Positions 27,819-37,719 are shown, counted from the first letter of the stretch. The stretch: 64,000 bases of DNA from an uncultured Candidatus Rokubacteria bacterium (GCA_963826115.1 CAWGVS010000010.1:64001-128000), one strand, 5' to 3'. Numbers and translations are program-made. The notes: generated by a model not told the origin, from the letters alone.

Positions 27819-28741
27819 TTCCGCCGGCCGACGGCGGCGTCGAGAGGACGCCAGGCCCCCTCCCGTCGGCGGCGCCGCCAAGCGGGACGGGAGCCGAGCG
27901 CGGCGTGCGGCTCTGGCCTCGGAAGGGCGGCGGCGTGCTGGTGCGTGACGGGGAGGGCACCGGGGACGCGGTCCTCGGGATGCCGACGCAGGGGCAGCAC
28001 GTCGCACAGCTGTACACCGAGCCGGCGGTCCTGGCGCGCGCCGTGGCGCGGTTCGCCGCCGCAGGCCTTCGGTCCGGCGAGGCCGTCCTCCTCGTGGCGA
28101 CGGCCGGTCACCGTCCGGCGATCCTGCGCTGCCTCCGGGCCGTGGGGTACGAGCCCAGCGAGCTCGCGCGCGCCGGGCAGCTCGTCTTCCTGGACGCCGT
28201 CGACACGCTGGGGGCCCTCCTGGCGGACGGCGAGCCGGACCGCGCGCGTTTCCAGGCCGTGATCGGCGGCGCCGTCGACGCGGCCGAGGCCGCCGGCTAT
28301 CCGCGCGTGCGCGCCTTCGGAGAAATGGTGAACGTTCTCCGGCAGGCGCGCTTCGGCGCGGCGCTCCGGCTGGAAGCCCTGTGGGCCGAGCTGATCGCGG
28401 CGCGGCGGATCGCGCTCCTCTGTGGCTACTCCATCGACGCCTTCGATCCCTGGGCCTACGAGGGGGTCCTCCAGCGGGTCACCGCCACCCACTCCCACCT
28501 CGTGCCCGTCGAGGACTACGCCCTCCTCGGTCGGGCCGTCGCCCAGGCATACGGAGAGGTGTTCGGGGTCGGCTACGACGCCGGGCTCCTGCGCCGCATG
28601 TTCCTTGCCCAATACCCGAGGCCGACGGCGATGCCGGACGCGCAGGCGGCGATCCTCGCGGTTCAGGAGTTCGTGCCGGAAGCGGCGGCGGCGCTGCTCG
28701 ACCGGATCCGGCACCACTACCGGATCGCGGCGACGATCTGA
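27815..28741 (+). CDS. Stand-alone MEDS sensory domain protein
   Basis: HVAQLY, GLRSGEAVLLVATAGH, VRAFGEMVNVL, ALRLEALW, LLCGY. Alternative start 27980. Confidence 0.8.
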   Translation: MIPPADGGVERTPGPLPSAAPPSGTGAERGVRLWPRKGGGVLVRDGEGTGDAVLGMPTQGQHVAQLYTEPAVLARAVARFAAAGLRSGEAVLLVATAGHRPAILRCLRAVGYEPSELARAGQLVFLDAVDTLGALLADGEPDRARFQAVIGGAVDAAEAAGYPRVRAFGEMVNVLRQARFGAALRLEALWAELIAARRIALLCGYSIDAFDPWAYEGVLQRVTATHSHLVPVEDYALLGRAVAQAYGEVFGVGYDAGLLRRMFLAQYPRPTAMPDAQAAILAVQEFVPEAAAALLDRIRHHYRIAATI

Positions 28742-28777
28742 TCCTCGGCGCGCCGGACCGTGCCCGGCGGGCCCGCG

Positions 28778-29140
28778 TCAGGTCAACCGGCCGAGCGGAC
28801 CGAGGTCGAGCTTGAGGTCCTCCAGCGTGAGGCCGAACCGGCGGGCGAGCTCGCGAAGCGCCTTCTCGATCCGCATCAGCGCCAGCCCCACGGCCTCGGT
28901 CTCCGCCGCGGTCAGCGTCCCCTCGTCGAGGCGGCGGATCGCCTGGCGCTCGAGCAGCTGGCGCAGGAAATCGACGAGCGTCAGGACCAGCTGCGCGAGC
29001 GACCGCTGCACGTCGTCGGGATCGGCGTTCCAGCGCGCGGGCGCCGACGCGCGCGTCCGCCGCCGGAGTTCGGCGCGCAGCGCGCGGAGCTCCTTGGCCC
29101 GCACCGCCTTCACGCTCACCCGGCGGCGCTTCGCGGTCAT
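28778..29140 (-). CDS. gvpK: Gas vesicle protein GvpK
   Basis: LAQLVLTLVDFLRQLLERQAIRR...DLKLDLGPLG. Confidence 0.92.
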   Translation of the reverse strand: MTAKRRRVSVKAVRAKELRALRAELRRRTRASAPARWNADPDDVQRSLAQLVLTLVDFLRQLLERQAIRRLDEGTLTAAETEAVGLALMRIEKALRELARRFGLTLEDLKLDLGPLGRLT

Positions 29141-29823
29141 GGGTCGACTCCGAACGCGTATGGCGGCCACGGTCCGCTGATCGTGAGGCGGAGGGGGGCG
29201 AGCTGCCGGGCCGCCTGGCTCACGCGTGTCCGGTACTGCGCGCGGCGCTCGCGCGGTACCAGGTGGTAGACGCTCGCGAGGAGCGGTGGGGTCCGGTGGC
29301 GCTGGACGCGCTCCTCAACCACGAGATCGCCGAGGAGCGGGCGGATCGGGTCGAGCTCGGGCGCCGCGGCCGGGTCGTGGCGGCGACGCTGTGCCGCGAG
29401 GTATCGGGTCCCGGGGCCCGCGGCGGCGGCCCTGGCCTTCCGGGCGGGTGGGGCATCCGGCGTGGTGGCGGCGGGGACGCCGAACACGCGGAGGGTCATC
29501 TGCTCGTGCCCGCGCACCCGGTCGAGCCGCGCCAGAAGCTCGGGCGCGCGAGTCGCGAGGATGCGGGTCGCGGTCGCCGCGTCGGGGACCACGGAGGCGA
29601 AGCGGATCGGCAGGAGGGCGTCCACGGTCGCGGCGATACGCCGGACCACGGCGTCGTGGCGCCGGAGGGTCGTCGCCGTGGGGTCCGGGGCGGTGGCCAT
29701 CCGGCCCGCGACGATCTGGAATCCCGGGCCCGGGAGGACCTCGAGGGCCTCGCGGCGGAGCCCGCGTCCCGCGTCGCCCCGCGGCGGGGTCCCGATCAGC
29801 GCGTAGAGGTAGAGGACGCTCAC
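29137..29823 (-). CDS. GvpL/GvpF-family protein
   Basis: LYLYA, HDAVV..LLPIRF, SGPWPPYAF. GTGA/ATGA coupling. Confidence 0.88.
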   Translation of the reverse strand: MSVLYLYALIGTPPRGDAGRGLRREALEVLPGPGFQIVAGRMATAPDPTATTLRRHDAVVRRIAATVDALLPIRFASVVPDAATATRILATRAPELLARLDRVRGHEQMTLRVFGVPAATTPDAPPARKARAAAAGPGTRYLAAQRRRHDPAAAPELDPIRPLLGDLVVEERVQRHRTPPLLASVYHLVPRERRAQYRTRVSQAARQLAPLRLTISGPWPPYAFGVDP

Positions 29824-30065
29824 CGCCGGCCCGTTCGCGACGTCAGGCGGTCCACGGCGCACAGGAGCACCGAGAGGCGCAGGTAGACGAGGTCCACGTC
29901 GGCGAGCGCGAGGACGACGTCCCCCGACACGACCACGCCCTTGGTCAGCACGTGGTCGACGATGTCGAGGAGCGACGCGTTCGCCTCGGCGTCCCGCGGA
30001 GCGGCGCGCCGCTTCCGCGGCCGCCTCTTCAGAGGCGGCCGGCCACGAAGCTGTACGGAGGCCAT
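29820..30065 (-). CDS. GvpA-family accessory protein (GvpS/M-like)
   Basis: SLLDIVDHVLTKGVVVSGDVVLALADVDLVYLRLSVLL. Confidence 0.85.
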   Translation of the reverse strand: MASVQLRGRPPLKRRPRKRRAAPRDAEANASLLDIVDHVLTKGVVVSGDVVLALADVDLVYLRLSVLLCAVDRLTSRTGRR

Positions 30066-30859
30066 GGGCCGGTCAGGCGGACGCGGAGCCCGCGGTCCGC
30101 CGCGCCGGACGCGAGCGCCCGCACCGCCTGGCGGAACCGCGCGGCGCGCGCCGTCGGCACGAGGAAGGCCGCGTCGAGGAGGAGGGCCGGCCGGCCGTCC
30201 GCCGAGACCAGGGGCCGCTGGCGGGCCTCGTCGGCGTGGCCGGCCAGCGCCCGGTAGAGCGCGCCCGCCGCCGCGCGGGCGCCGACCGCCAGCTCCCGGT
30301 GCGCCTCGCGATGGCGCCGCCGCCGCTCGAGAAATCGGGTTCCCGGACTGAGCTCCGCCGTCTCGCGCCGCGCCGTCGCCCGCGCCTGGCGGGCGGCCGG
30401 CCCGCCCGCCGCGTCGGGCCGCACCTGGACGCCCCACTCCGCCCGGCCCGCGACGCGACCCAGACCCTTGGCCATTGCGGAGCCGCGACGCCGCACGGCC
30501 GCGGCCGCGCGCGTGTCGCTCGCGAACAGGGTGAAGAGCCGCATGGGCAGCGTGGGGTAGCGCCGCGCGCAGTGGGCGACGACTGCCGAGTGGGAGACCG
30601 CGCTCCGCGAGACCTGGTCGAGGTCGCGGACGGCGCGCGCCAGCGCGGCCTCGCCGTAGCGCGGCAGCGGCGCGGTGGCGACGACGAGCCAGAGGGCGGG
30701 CACCGCGGCCACCGCCCGGGGGCGGCCCGTGCCCGGGAGTCCTGCCGGCGCCTTCCCGAGGTCCGGGGGCCTCGCGCTCCGGACGACGCAGTACACGTAG
30801 GTGGCCGCGCGAGCGGGGGAGGGGCGGCGGGACGGGGTCACGAGGCCGCCCGTGTCCAA
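30029..30859 (-). CDS. GvpL/GvpF-family protein
   Basis: TYVYCVV, HSAVV..TLPMRLFTLF, EWGVQ, LLDAAFLV, TGPWPPYSF. Confidence 0.88.
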   Translation of the reverse strand: MDTGGLVTPSRRPSPARAATYVYCVVRSARPPDLGKAPAGLPGTGRPRAVAAVPALWLVVATAPLPRYGEAALARAVRDLDQVSRSAVSHSAVVAHCARRYPTLPMRLFTLFASDTRAAAAVRRRGSAMAKGLGRVAGRAEWGVQVRPDAAGGPAARQARATARRETAELSPGTRFLERRRRHREAHRELAVGARAAAGALYRALAGHADEARQRPLVSADGRPALLLDAAFLVPTARAARFRQAVRALASGAADRGLRVRLTGPWPPYSFVAGRL

Positions 30860-30895
30860 GTGCGGGTCATGGCCGGCGCGCGCCGCCGGGTCGCC

Positions 30896-31225
30896 TCACC
30901 GTCGGGAGCGCCGCCGCCTGGGGACCTCGGCGGGCGCGTCGTCGACGCCCACGACGCTCGCTTCCACGCCCGTCACGCGGAAGGCGCCGGGCGGCTCCGG
31001 CGGGCCCTGCTCGCGCTCGCGGACCTCCCGGATCCGGGCCAGTAGCTCGCGCTCGACCTTCAGGAACTGCGCCTCGGTGATCTCGCCGAGCTCGAGGCGC
31101 ATCTGCGCGGCCAGGAGCTCCTCGCGCCACACCGTGTCGTCGCTCATCTCGGCGTCGACCGCCGTGGCGATCTTGTCCAACACGAATCGGAGGCCACCCA
31201 CGAGCAGCGAGTCGATGAGGATCAC
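30896..31225 (-). CDS. gvpG: Gas vesicle protein GvpG
   Basis: MILIDSLL..GLRFVLDKI, LELGEITEAQF..ERELL. Confidence 0.85.
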   Translation of the reverse strand: MILIDSLLVGGLRFVLDKIATAVDAEMSDDTVWREELLAAQMRLELGEITEAQFLKVERELLARIREVREREQGPPEPPGAFRVTGVEASVVGVDDAPAEVPRRRRSRR

Positions 31226-32193
31226 TCGGATTCCCGCGCGCGCTCGAGCTTGAGGCGGATGTTCACGAAGTTGTAGGGCGGCCAGGGCCCGGTGTACCGG
31301 AAGTTCAGCTTGTCGTAGAGGGCGCCGACCTCCTTGACCTTGGCGTCGAAGGCCGTCTCCTTGTCTCGGGAGACCAGGAAGGCCGCGTTCATGATCATCT
31401 TGTCACCGATGGGCTTGTTGGCCCGCGCGGCCACCGAGACGTCGCGGAGCTGGTCGAAGATGTCGGCGACGTACTGCTCGCTCCGCGTCTGGAGGGCGGC
31501 GTCGATCTGCCGGCCGTACTGCATGCGGGCGAAGTAGGTCGAGCCCGACACCGTCGAGATCTCGTTCTTGAGCCGGCGAATGTCCTCGTCGTCGTTCTCG
31601 ATCTCGCGGATCATGACGTCGCGGTCCCACAGGACCTTGAGGCCGAACTCCACCTTGTCCTGCATCTTGTCGAGCACGTCGCGGAACGCGTCGTACGCGC
31701 CGCGCAGGAGCTCCACGATGTCGTCGCGCGTCTTGAACACGGTCCCGAAGGACATCGGGATCACGGTGAAGCTCCGCATGACGGTCTCGTTGACGCGCTC
31801 GTGAGCGAGCACGTTCTCGCGCGTCGCGTCCAGCACCTCCTCCGGCGTGTCGGAGATGACCGCGGCGATCTCGCGGAAGCTGACCGTCTGGACCTCGGTC
31901 GGCTCGGTCCCGAGCCCGATGGACCCGAAGCGGCGGGACTCGGCGCTCCGGATGATGCAGTAGACGTACTTGGCGCGGCTGGCGGTCGTCGCGCCGGCCG
32001 GTATCGGCCGGGCGGGGGCGGGCGCGCCCCGGGTCACGGCGCCCGGCGCGCTGGCGGCCCCGCCGCGCTTCCGGGCGGCGGGGGGCTTGGCCGGCGTCAC
32101 GCGCTTGGCGGGCGTCGCGCGCTTGGCGGGTGCGGAGCGCGCCGGAGCGGGTCGGGACTGGCCGGCGCCCCCGCCCTTTGCCTTCCTCTTCAC
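31222..32193 (-). CDS. gvpF: Gas vesicle protein GvpF with basic low-complexity N-terminal extension
   Basis: KYVYCII, ENVLAHERVNE, VIPMSFGTVF, KVEFGLKVLW, YTGPWPPYNFV. Confidence 0.88.
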   Translation of the reverse strand: MKRKAKGGGAGQSRPAPARSAPAKRATPAKRVTPAKPPAARKRGGAASAPGAVTRGAPAPARPIPAGATTASRAKYVYCIIRSAESRRFGSIGLGTEPTEVQTVSFREIAAVISDTPEEVLDATRENVLAHERVNETVMRSFTVIPMSFGTVFKTRDDIVELLRGAYDAFRDVLDKMQDKVEFGLKVLWDRDVMIREIENDDEDIRRLKNEISTVSGSTYFARMQYGRQIDAALQTRSEQYVADIFDQLRDVSVAARANKPIGDKMIMNAAFLVSRDKETAFDAKVKEVGALYDKLNFRYTGPWPPYNFVNIRLKLERARESE

Positions 32194-32200
32194 CGCGCCG

Positions 32201-32656
32201 TCACCTCCCGCCCTTCGGCCGGGCCTTTGGAGCTTCGAGGATACCCTGAATCGCGCTCAGGAGCTGATCCGGCAGACACGGCTTCGTAATGACGAGGTCG
32301 CAGCCCGCCTCGCGGGCCGCCTGGGCGTGCTCGGGCAGCGCGTGCCCCGTCAGCACGACCACCGGGATCTTCTTCGTCCGGGGGTCCCGCTTGAGCCGCC
32401 GAGTGGCCTCCCAGCCGTCCATCACGGGAAGCGAGAGGTCCATGACGATGACGTCCGGCAAGAGGGTCTCCGCCTGCTCGAGCGCCTCCACCCCGTTCTC
32501 GGCCTCGGCGACCCGGAACCCGGAGAACCTCAGGAACAGCACGTACACCGTGCGGTTGTCCTGGACGTCGTCCACGATGAGGACCAGCGGGCCCTTCTCG
32601 GCCCCGCCCTGTGTGTCCCGGCTCGGCGCCGGGTCGGCCGGCTTGCGCGTCGTCAC
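32201..32656 (-). CDS. Single-domain response regulator (CheY/DivK-like)
   Basis: VLIVDD, PDVIVMDLSLPVMDGWEA, LTGHA, ITKP. GTG 32656 overlaps the kinase stop. Confidence 0.9.
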   Translation of the reverse strand: MTTRKPADPAPSRDTQGGAEKGPLVLIVDDVQDNRTVYVLFLRFSGFRVAEAENGVEALEQAETLLPDVIVMDLSLPVMDGWEATRRLKRDPRTKKIPVVVLTGHALPEHAQAAREAGCDLVITKPCLPDQLLSAIQGILEAPKARPKGGR

Positions 32657-34798
32657 GACCGTTTGCTCCCCACGGGAAGGATCAGGGTGAAGGTCGAGCC
32701 CTGGCGGATCTTGCTCTCCAGGGTAATCCGGCCGCCCAGCACCGCCGCGAGGCGGCGGCAGATGGCGAGCCCGAGGCCCGTGCCGCCGGCCTCTCGCGTC
32801 GGCGCCGGGTCTGCCTGGGAGAAGGCCTCGAAGATCCGCGTCTGGTCCGTCTTGGCGATGCCGATGCCCGTGTCGGCGACGGCGACCGCGATCTCGTGCG
32901 TGGCCCGGTGATGCACGCAGGACACGGTCACCGAGCCGTGCGGGGTGAACTTGAGGGCGTTGGTGAGCAGGTTCAGGATGATCTGCTTGACCTTCTGCCG
33001 GTCGCTTCGGATCAGCGGCAGCCGCGCCGGGACATCGGCCGACACGACCAGGTGGGACCGCGCGATCAGCGGCTCGACCTCGATCATGATCTCGTCGATC
33101 AGCTCGTTCAGCTTGATCGAGGTGATCCGGACCGGCATCTTGCCGGCCTCGATGCGCGAGATGTCCAGGATCTCGTTGATGAGGGTCAGGAGGTGCCGCG
33201 CGTTCGCGTCGACGCGCGCCAGGGACTCCCGCTGGGGGGCATCGAGCGGGCCCGAGACGCCGCGGAGGAGCAGGCTCGTGTAGCCGAGGATCGCGTTCAG
33301 CGGCGTCCGGACGTCGTGCGACACGTTCGCGAGGAACTGGGACTTCGCGCGGGACGCCTGCTCGAGCTCGATGGCCTGCCGCCGGAGGAGCTCGTTCTGG
33401 TGGACGAGGGCCGACGTGGCCTCCTGGACCCGCAGCTCCAGCTGGGCCGAGGCCAGCTTGAGCTGCTCGTAGAGCTGCTCGCGCTCGATGGCCTGCGTCT
33501 GGTCGTGGAGGATCGTGACGATGGCGGAGACCTCCGACGACTCCCCGTAGACGTTGCCCGGAGACCGCCTCCATCGGGATCGAGCGGCCGTTCTTGGGGT
33601 TGACCAGGTTCACGCCGCCCTGGTACTTCGACTCCCCGGTCTTGCCGAAGAGCAGGTTCGACACGAACGACGTGAAGTTCGCGTCGTTCGCCTGGACGCG
33701 CTGGGTCTCGGCCATGCCGGCCTTCTCCGGCGCGCTGAACAGCCGCTCCGCCGGCGCGTTCATCATCATGAGGTTGCCCGACGGGTCCGTCACCAGGATG
33801 GGATCGGCGACCGAGTCGATGACCAGGTCGAGCCGATCGCGCTCGGCGCGCACCTCCGCCTCGGCGGCCCGCAGCTTCTGGTAGTTGTCCTGGATCTCCT
33901 CGGTGGCGCGCCGCAGGTCGGACACGTTCCGCAGGATGGAGACGATGCCCATCCCCATCCGCGCGTCGCCGGCGGTGGTGCTGATCAGCTCGAACAGGAG
34001 GTCCGACCCCTCGGTCGGGTCGACGAGCACCAGCTCGCGCGGGGCCGGCGTCAGCTGCCCCAGCGCGCTCCGGCCGAGCGCGGAGGAGAACAGCATGTTA
34101 TTGATCGCGACCGCCCGCCGCCGGCCCTCGCTCTCGTCCTCGCGGGTCGCGAACAGCCGCTCGGCGTGTCCGTTCGCGATCATCATGCGCCCCTCGGTGT
34201 CGGTGAGCATGATCGGGTCGGTCACCCGGTCGATGATGCTCTGGAGCATCTCGCGGTCCCGCCGCAGCCGCCGGTCCGTTTCGAGGCTGCTCTGACGCAT
34301 CCGGGCGCGCACCAGGCGGTAGCCGAGGTACTCGGCCACCCACTCGAGCTCCTGACGGTTCGCGGTCGCCGGGCGGACCAGGAGGAGCCCGCCCGGCGTG
34401 CTCTCCTGAGCCTCCACGCCGTGGAGGGGCAGAGCGAGCGCCGGGCCCCGGCCGCGGAAGAAGCGGTCGGCGACATCGGCCGCCAGGACGGCGGGCCGGA
34501 CGGTCGAGAGGAGCCGGACCATCGGATCGTCGCGCGCGTCGAGGTCGATCGTGAGGTCGCGGAGCGGGGCGGCCGCGGTGCCGTGCCGCGCCAGGTGGAC
34601 GAGGCGCGTGCGCTCGGCGTCCAGCGCGAGGCACTGGCCCGCGTGCACACCGGCGTGCTCGGCGAGCCACTCCAGGCACCGCCCGGCCATCTCGACCGGG
34701 TCCTCGCACGCGAGCAGGAACTCGAGGAGGCCGAGCCGGACCTCGGAAGCCGGCTGCGACCACCGCGCCGCTCGCACGGACGCAGCGCCGCGGGCCAC
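32653..34798 (-). CDS. PAS-PAS sensor histidine kinase, split by a +1 frameshift at ~33557-33559
   Basis: Two PAS domains (DPIMLTD..NGHAERLF; DPILVTD..NAPAERLF). Then, in a shifted frame, FLANVSHDVRTPLN, NLLTNALKFT, DTGIGI, GTGLGL. Confidence 0.85.
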
Positions 34799-34801
34799 GC
34801 G

Positions 34802-35158
34802 CTAGGCCGGTTGGGACGTCCGGCGGCGAGGGCGCGCGCGCCCGGCCCGCGCCCTCCCAGCCCGCGCGCGCCCGGCGGGCTGGGCGGCGAGCTGGGCCCG
34901 GAGCGCGGCGTTCTCGGCGAGGACGGCTTCCTGGGACGCCACCGCCGCGGGCCGGGACACCGGCGAGACCTGCGCCATCGACTCGGAGTACTTGAGGTAG
35001 GTGTCGATCGAGGCCACGACGACCCGCGCCTCGACGGTGATGAGGTCGATGCCTACCAGAGACACGCGCACCCAGGCGTCGATCACGATGCCCTTGTCGA
35101 GGACGCGGTCGAGGACGTCGATGAGGCTGGTGCCGCCCGTGGTGCGCTCAATGGCCAT
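34802..35158 (-). CDS. gvpA: Gas vesicle structural protein GvpA
   Basis: [55 protein letters not shown]. Confidence 0.95.
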   Translation of the reverse strand: MAIERTTGGTSLIDVLDRVLDKGIVIDAWVRVSLVGIDLITVEARVVVASIDTYLKYSESMAQVSPVSRPAAVASQEAVLAENAALRAQLAAQPAGRARAGRARAGRARPRRRTSQPA

Positions 35159-35161
35159 CGC

Positions 35162-35551
35162 TTATCCTCCCGTGGAGGCCGTGGTGCTCGCGCGCCGGCG
35201 CGAAGTCCGGCGGCGGGCTGGGGCTCGCCGGGCGGCAAGCGCCGCGATCCGACGTTCGAGAAGCTTCACCTGGCGCCGCAAGGCCTCCGTCTCGAGCGAC
35301 CCGGCGCGCGTCCCGAGCGCCAGGTTCCGGTCGTACTTCCACCAGTCCAGCCCGATCTCCTGGGCCTTGTCGATCGAGCACACGATCAGGCGGATGCGGA
35401 TGGTGAGGAGCTCGACCTCGGCGAGCGAGATCCGGATGTCGCCGGCGATCAGGAGACCCTTGTCGAGGACGCGGTCCAGCAGGTCGACGAGACCGGTGCC
35501 TCGCTGACCGCCCGCCGTCAGATCGGTTCGCACGGTCCGCTCCGATCCCAT
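35162..35551 (-). CDS. gvpJ: Gas vesicle protein GvpJ-like
   Basis: [48 protein letters not shown]. Confidence 0.82.
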   Translation of the reverse strand: MGSERTVRTDLTAGGQRGTGLVDLLDRVLDKGLLIAGDIRISLAEVELLTIRIRLIVCSIDKAQEIGLDWWKYDRNLALGTRAGSLETEALRRQVKLLERRIAALAARRAPARRRTSRRRASTTASTGG

Positions 35552-35758
35552 TCACGCGTGAGACGCCCGGGTCCGCGACCCCGTTGGCGCGCAGCGACGC
35601 GAAGCGTGCGCGGCCTGGAGCCGGGAAAACGACCGCCGCTCGAGTCGAGCCAGGATAGTCGAGCCGCTGGGGTCCCGCAAGGCCGGCCCGGCCGCCGACA
35701 GATCCGTGCGATTCCGCTGGGCCTCGATCAACGGCGCCCTCACATCCGGCAGGTCCAT
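35552..35758 (-). CDS. Possible 68-aa leader ORF of the gvp operon
   Basis: GGAGGTGG RBS before ATG (MDLPDVRAPL...). Fills the space between the sigma54 box and gvpJ. Confidence 0.35.
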   Translation of the reverse strand: MDLPDVRAPLIEAQRNRTDLSAAGPALRDPSGSTILARLERRSFSRLQAAHASRRCAPTGSRTRASHA

Positions 35759-35811
35759 CGCTCGGCCACCTCCCAGCGGATTCGAGTTGCGCTGCTGGTC
35801 GGGCGCAGTCG

Positions 35812-35827
35812 TGCAAGCGGTGTGCCC
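35812..35827 (-). promoter_or_regulatory. sigma54 -24/-12 promoter of the gvp operon
   Basis: GGGCACACCGCTTGCA (minus strand). Confidence 0.72.
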
Positions 35828-36052
35828 CGAGTTCGCGCGGCGCGCTCGACGAGCTGCGCGCGAGCGGCCTCGAGAGGTGCGAGCCCGAGGTGCGAGCGCG
35901 TGAGCTCGACGGACCGGCCTTCGAAGTCCAAGTTTGACGGGCGTTGCGCGGGGTTCCCCGCGCAACGCCCAGGCCGCGGAGCGCTTGGAGGGCTGCGCCC
36001 CGAAGGGGGTCACCGCGGGCTCCCGTCGGCGCGGCGAGCGTCTCCGCCATGG

Positions 36053-36084
36053 CGACAGGATGTCGCCGAGACGACGCACTGTCG
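36053..36084. promoter_or_regulatory. Putative bEBP enhancer (UAS) copy
   Basis: CGACA-GGA-TGTCG-CCGAGA-CGACG-CAC-TGTCG. Confidence 0.72.
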
Positions 36085-36122
36085 TCCTCCGCGCCTTACC
36101 GTCCGATCTGAGGGCCTCGCCC

Positions 36123-37667
36123 TTACCGATCCGGAGGCGGATGCTTGATGAAGCTTCCGGTGAACGCCACGGAGTTCGGGAAGACGAGGGTCCGGCCGGT
36201 GGGCCCGAGCGGGTCGCCGGCGAGCTCCTGGAGCCGGGTGCGCACGAGCCCGATCTCGATCACCTCGCCGTGGAGGTACCCGAACGGCCCCTGGAGGCTG
36301 ACCCGGTCCCCGATGCGGATCCCGTTCGGCGCCACCATCGAGAAGTAGCCCGCCACGGCGAGGATCACGTTCTGGAGCGCGAAGGCGATCCCGGCGGCGG
36401 CGAATCCGAGCGCGGCAACGAGCGCCGTCAGCTCGCTCGCGAAGTGGAACACGAGCACCAGGGCGACCGCGGTCACGACGACGACGTGGCGCGCGGTCAG
36501 GACGAGCCGCCGATGGTAGCCGTTCTTGATGTAGCGGACGGCGGCGATCCGCCAGATCACCGAGCCCACCAGGATCCCGCCCAGCGCGATCGCGACGCCC
36601 ACCAGCTCGATGCCGAAGCCGCGGAGCACGTGTCCGATCTCGCGGTCGAGAGCATGCGCCCAGGCTTCCAGGTCGGCCGCGTAGCGCTGCAGGACCACGT
36701 ACTCCTCGCGGAGCGGCAGCACGACGGCCCCGGTCAGCTTGACGCGCCCGAGCAGGTCACGGAACTCCTGCTGTCCGGTGTCCAGCGCGATCCCGTCCGC
36801 GGCGGGGTCCTTGGCCAGCTGGCGGAGGCGCGTGACCATCGGGCGCACCGACTGCTGCGTCGTCCGGATGTCGGCGCCGACGGCCCGGGTCAGCTCGGCC
36901 GTCTGGCGCGTCAGCTCCTTGAGGGCGCCTCGGCTGCGTTGAAGGGCCAGGAGCCGGTACACGAGCATCCGGGGCCCGGCCGGCGGCATCCCTCGCCCCG
37001 CGGTCGTGACGACGGTCGACGGGCCAGCCGCCGGGGCGATCCCCGGCACGCTGTCCTGGAGCGCCTGGATGTCGTCCGTCAGGTCGGCGTCGTCTCCGGG
37101 GAGCGACGCGTCCACCTGGACGAGCTTGGTGACGAACTCGAGCTGGACCCGCCCGAACTCGAGCCGGTTGCTCGCGGCGGCGAGCTCCCGCTCGAGCCCC
37201 GGCCGTGTCGCGGGGGGCGCCGTGCGAAGGCGCGCCCGGAGGCGGGCGACCTCCTCCTCGTCGCGCGCGATGGCTGCCCGGATCTGGGCCTGCCGGTCCG
37301 CGCGGGCGCGCTGGCGGGACGTGGCGGCGCCGTTGGTCGAGCCGTCCTCCGTGACGATCTTGGCCTGCGCCCGCGCGGCGTCGAACGCCCGCAGGACCAC
37401 CCGCTGCGCCGTCTGCTGCTCGCCCCGGTCGAGGTCGGAGTCGAGCACGCCCCGGACGGACTGCATCGCGACGCGAGCGCCCTGGTACCAGGCGAGCGTC
37501 CGCTGGAGCGAGGCCTTGACGTCCTCCGTCGTCACCTCCGCCGCGGCTGTGGGGGCCGGCGGGTCGGCGCGGAGCGGGCGCCCGAGCACGCCCGTCTCCA
37601 GGAGCGCCAAGGTGGTGAGCGCGAGGCCGAGCGCGCGCGCCGAGCGACGTCGCGGAGTCGTGGTCAC
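36123..37667 (-). CDS. MscS-family mechanosensitive channel with periplasmic coiled-coil
   Basis: ALGFAAAGIAFALQNVI, IRIGDRV, GEVIEIGLVRT, LVFPNS. Signal-like N-terminus. Confidence 0.85.
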   Translation of the reverse strand: MTTTPRRRSARALGLALTTLALLETGVLGRPLRADPPAPTAAAEVTTEDVKASLQRTLAWYQGARVAMQSVRGVLDSDLDRGEQQTAQRVVLRAFDAARAQAKIVTEDGSTNGAATSRQRARADRQAQIRAAIARDEEEVARLRARLRTAPPATRPGLERELAAASNRLEFGRVQLEFVTKLVQVDASLPGDDADLTDDIQALQDSVPGIAPAAGPSTVVTTAGRGMPPAGPRMLVYRLLALQRSRGALKELTRQTAELTRAVGADIRTTQQSVRPMVTRLRQLAKDPAADGIALDTGQQEFRDLLGRVKLTGAVVLPLREEYVVLQRYAADLEAWAHALDREIGHVLRGFGIELVGVAIALGGILVGSVIWRIAAVRYIKNGYHRRLVLTARHVVVVTAVALVLVFHFASELTALVAALGFAAAGIAFALQNVILAVAGYFSMVAPNGIRIGDRVSLQGPFGYLHGEVIEIGLVRTRLQELAGDPLGPTGRTLVFPNSVAFTGSFIKHPPPDR

Positions 37668-37680
37668 GCGAGACTTCGGG

Positions 37681-37696
37681 TGCAAGGCGATTGCCA
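37681..37696 (-). promoter_or_regulatory. sigma54 -24/-12 promoter (mscS-like gene)
   Basis: TGGCAATCGCCTTGCA (minus strand). Confidence 0.75.
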
Positions 37697-37719
37697 CGAC
37701 GTCTGGCGCGGACCACGTG

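Noticed and set aside
32201-34798. 865-aa PAS-PAS-receiver fusion or programmed frameshift
   Set aside because: The middle ~300 aa are off-frame kinase sequence. In-frame joining to the receiver follows automatically from a +1 indel plus the GTGA overlap, and I see no slippery heptamer.
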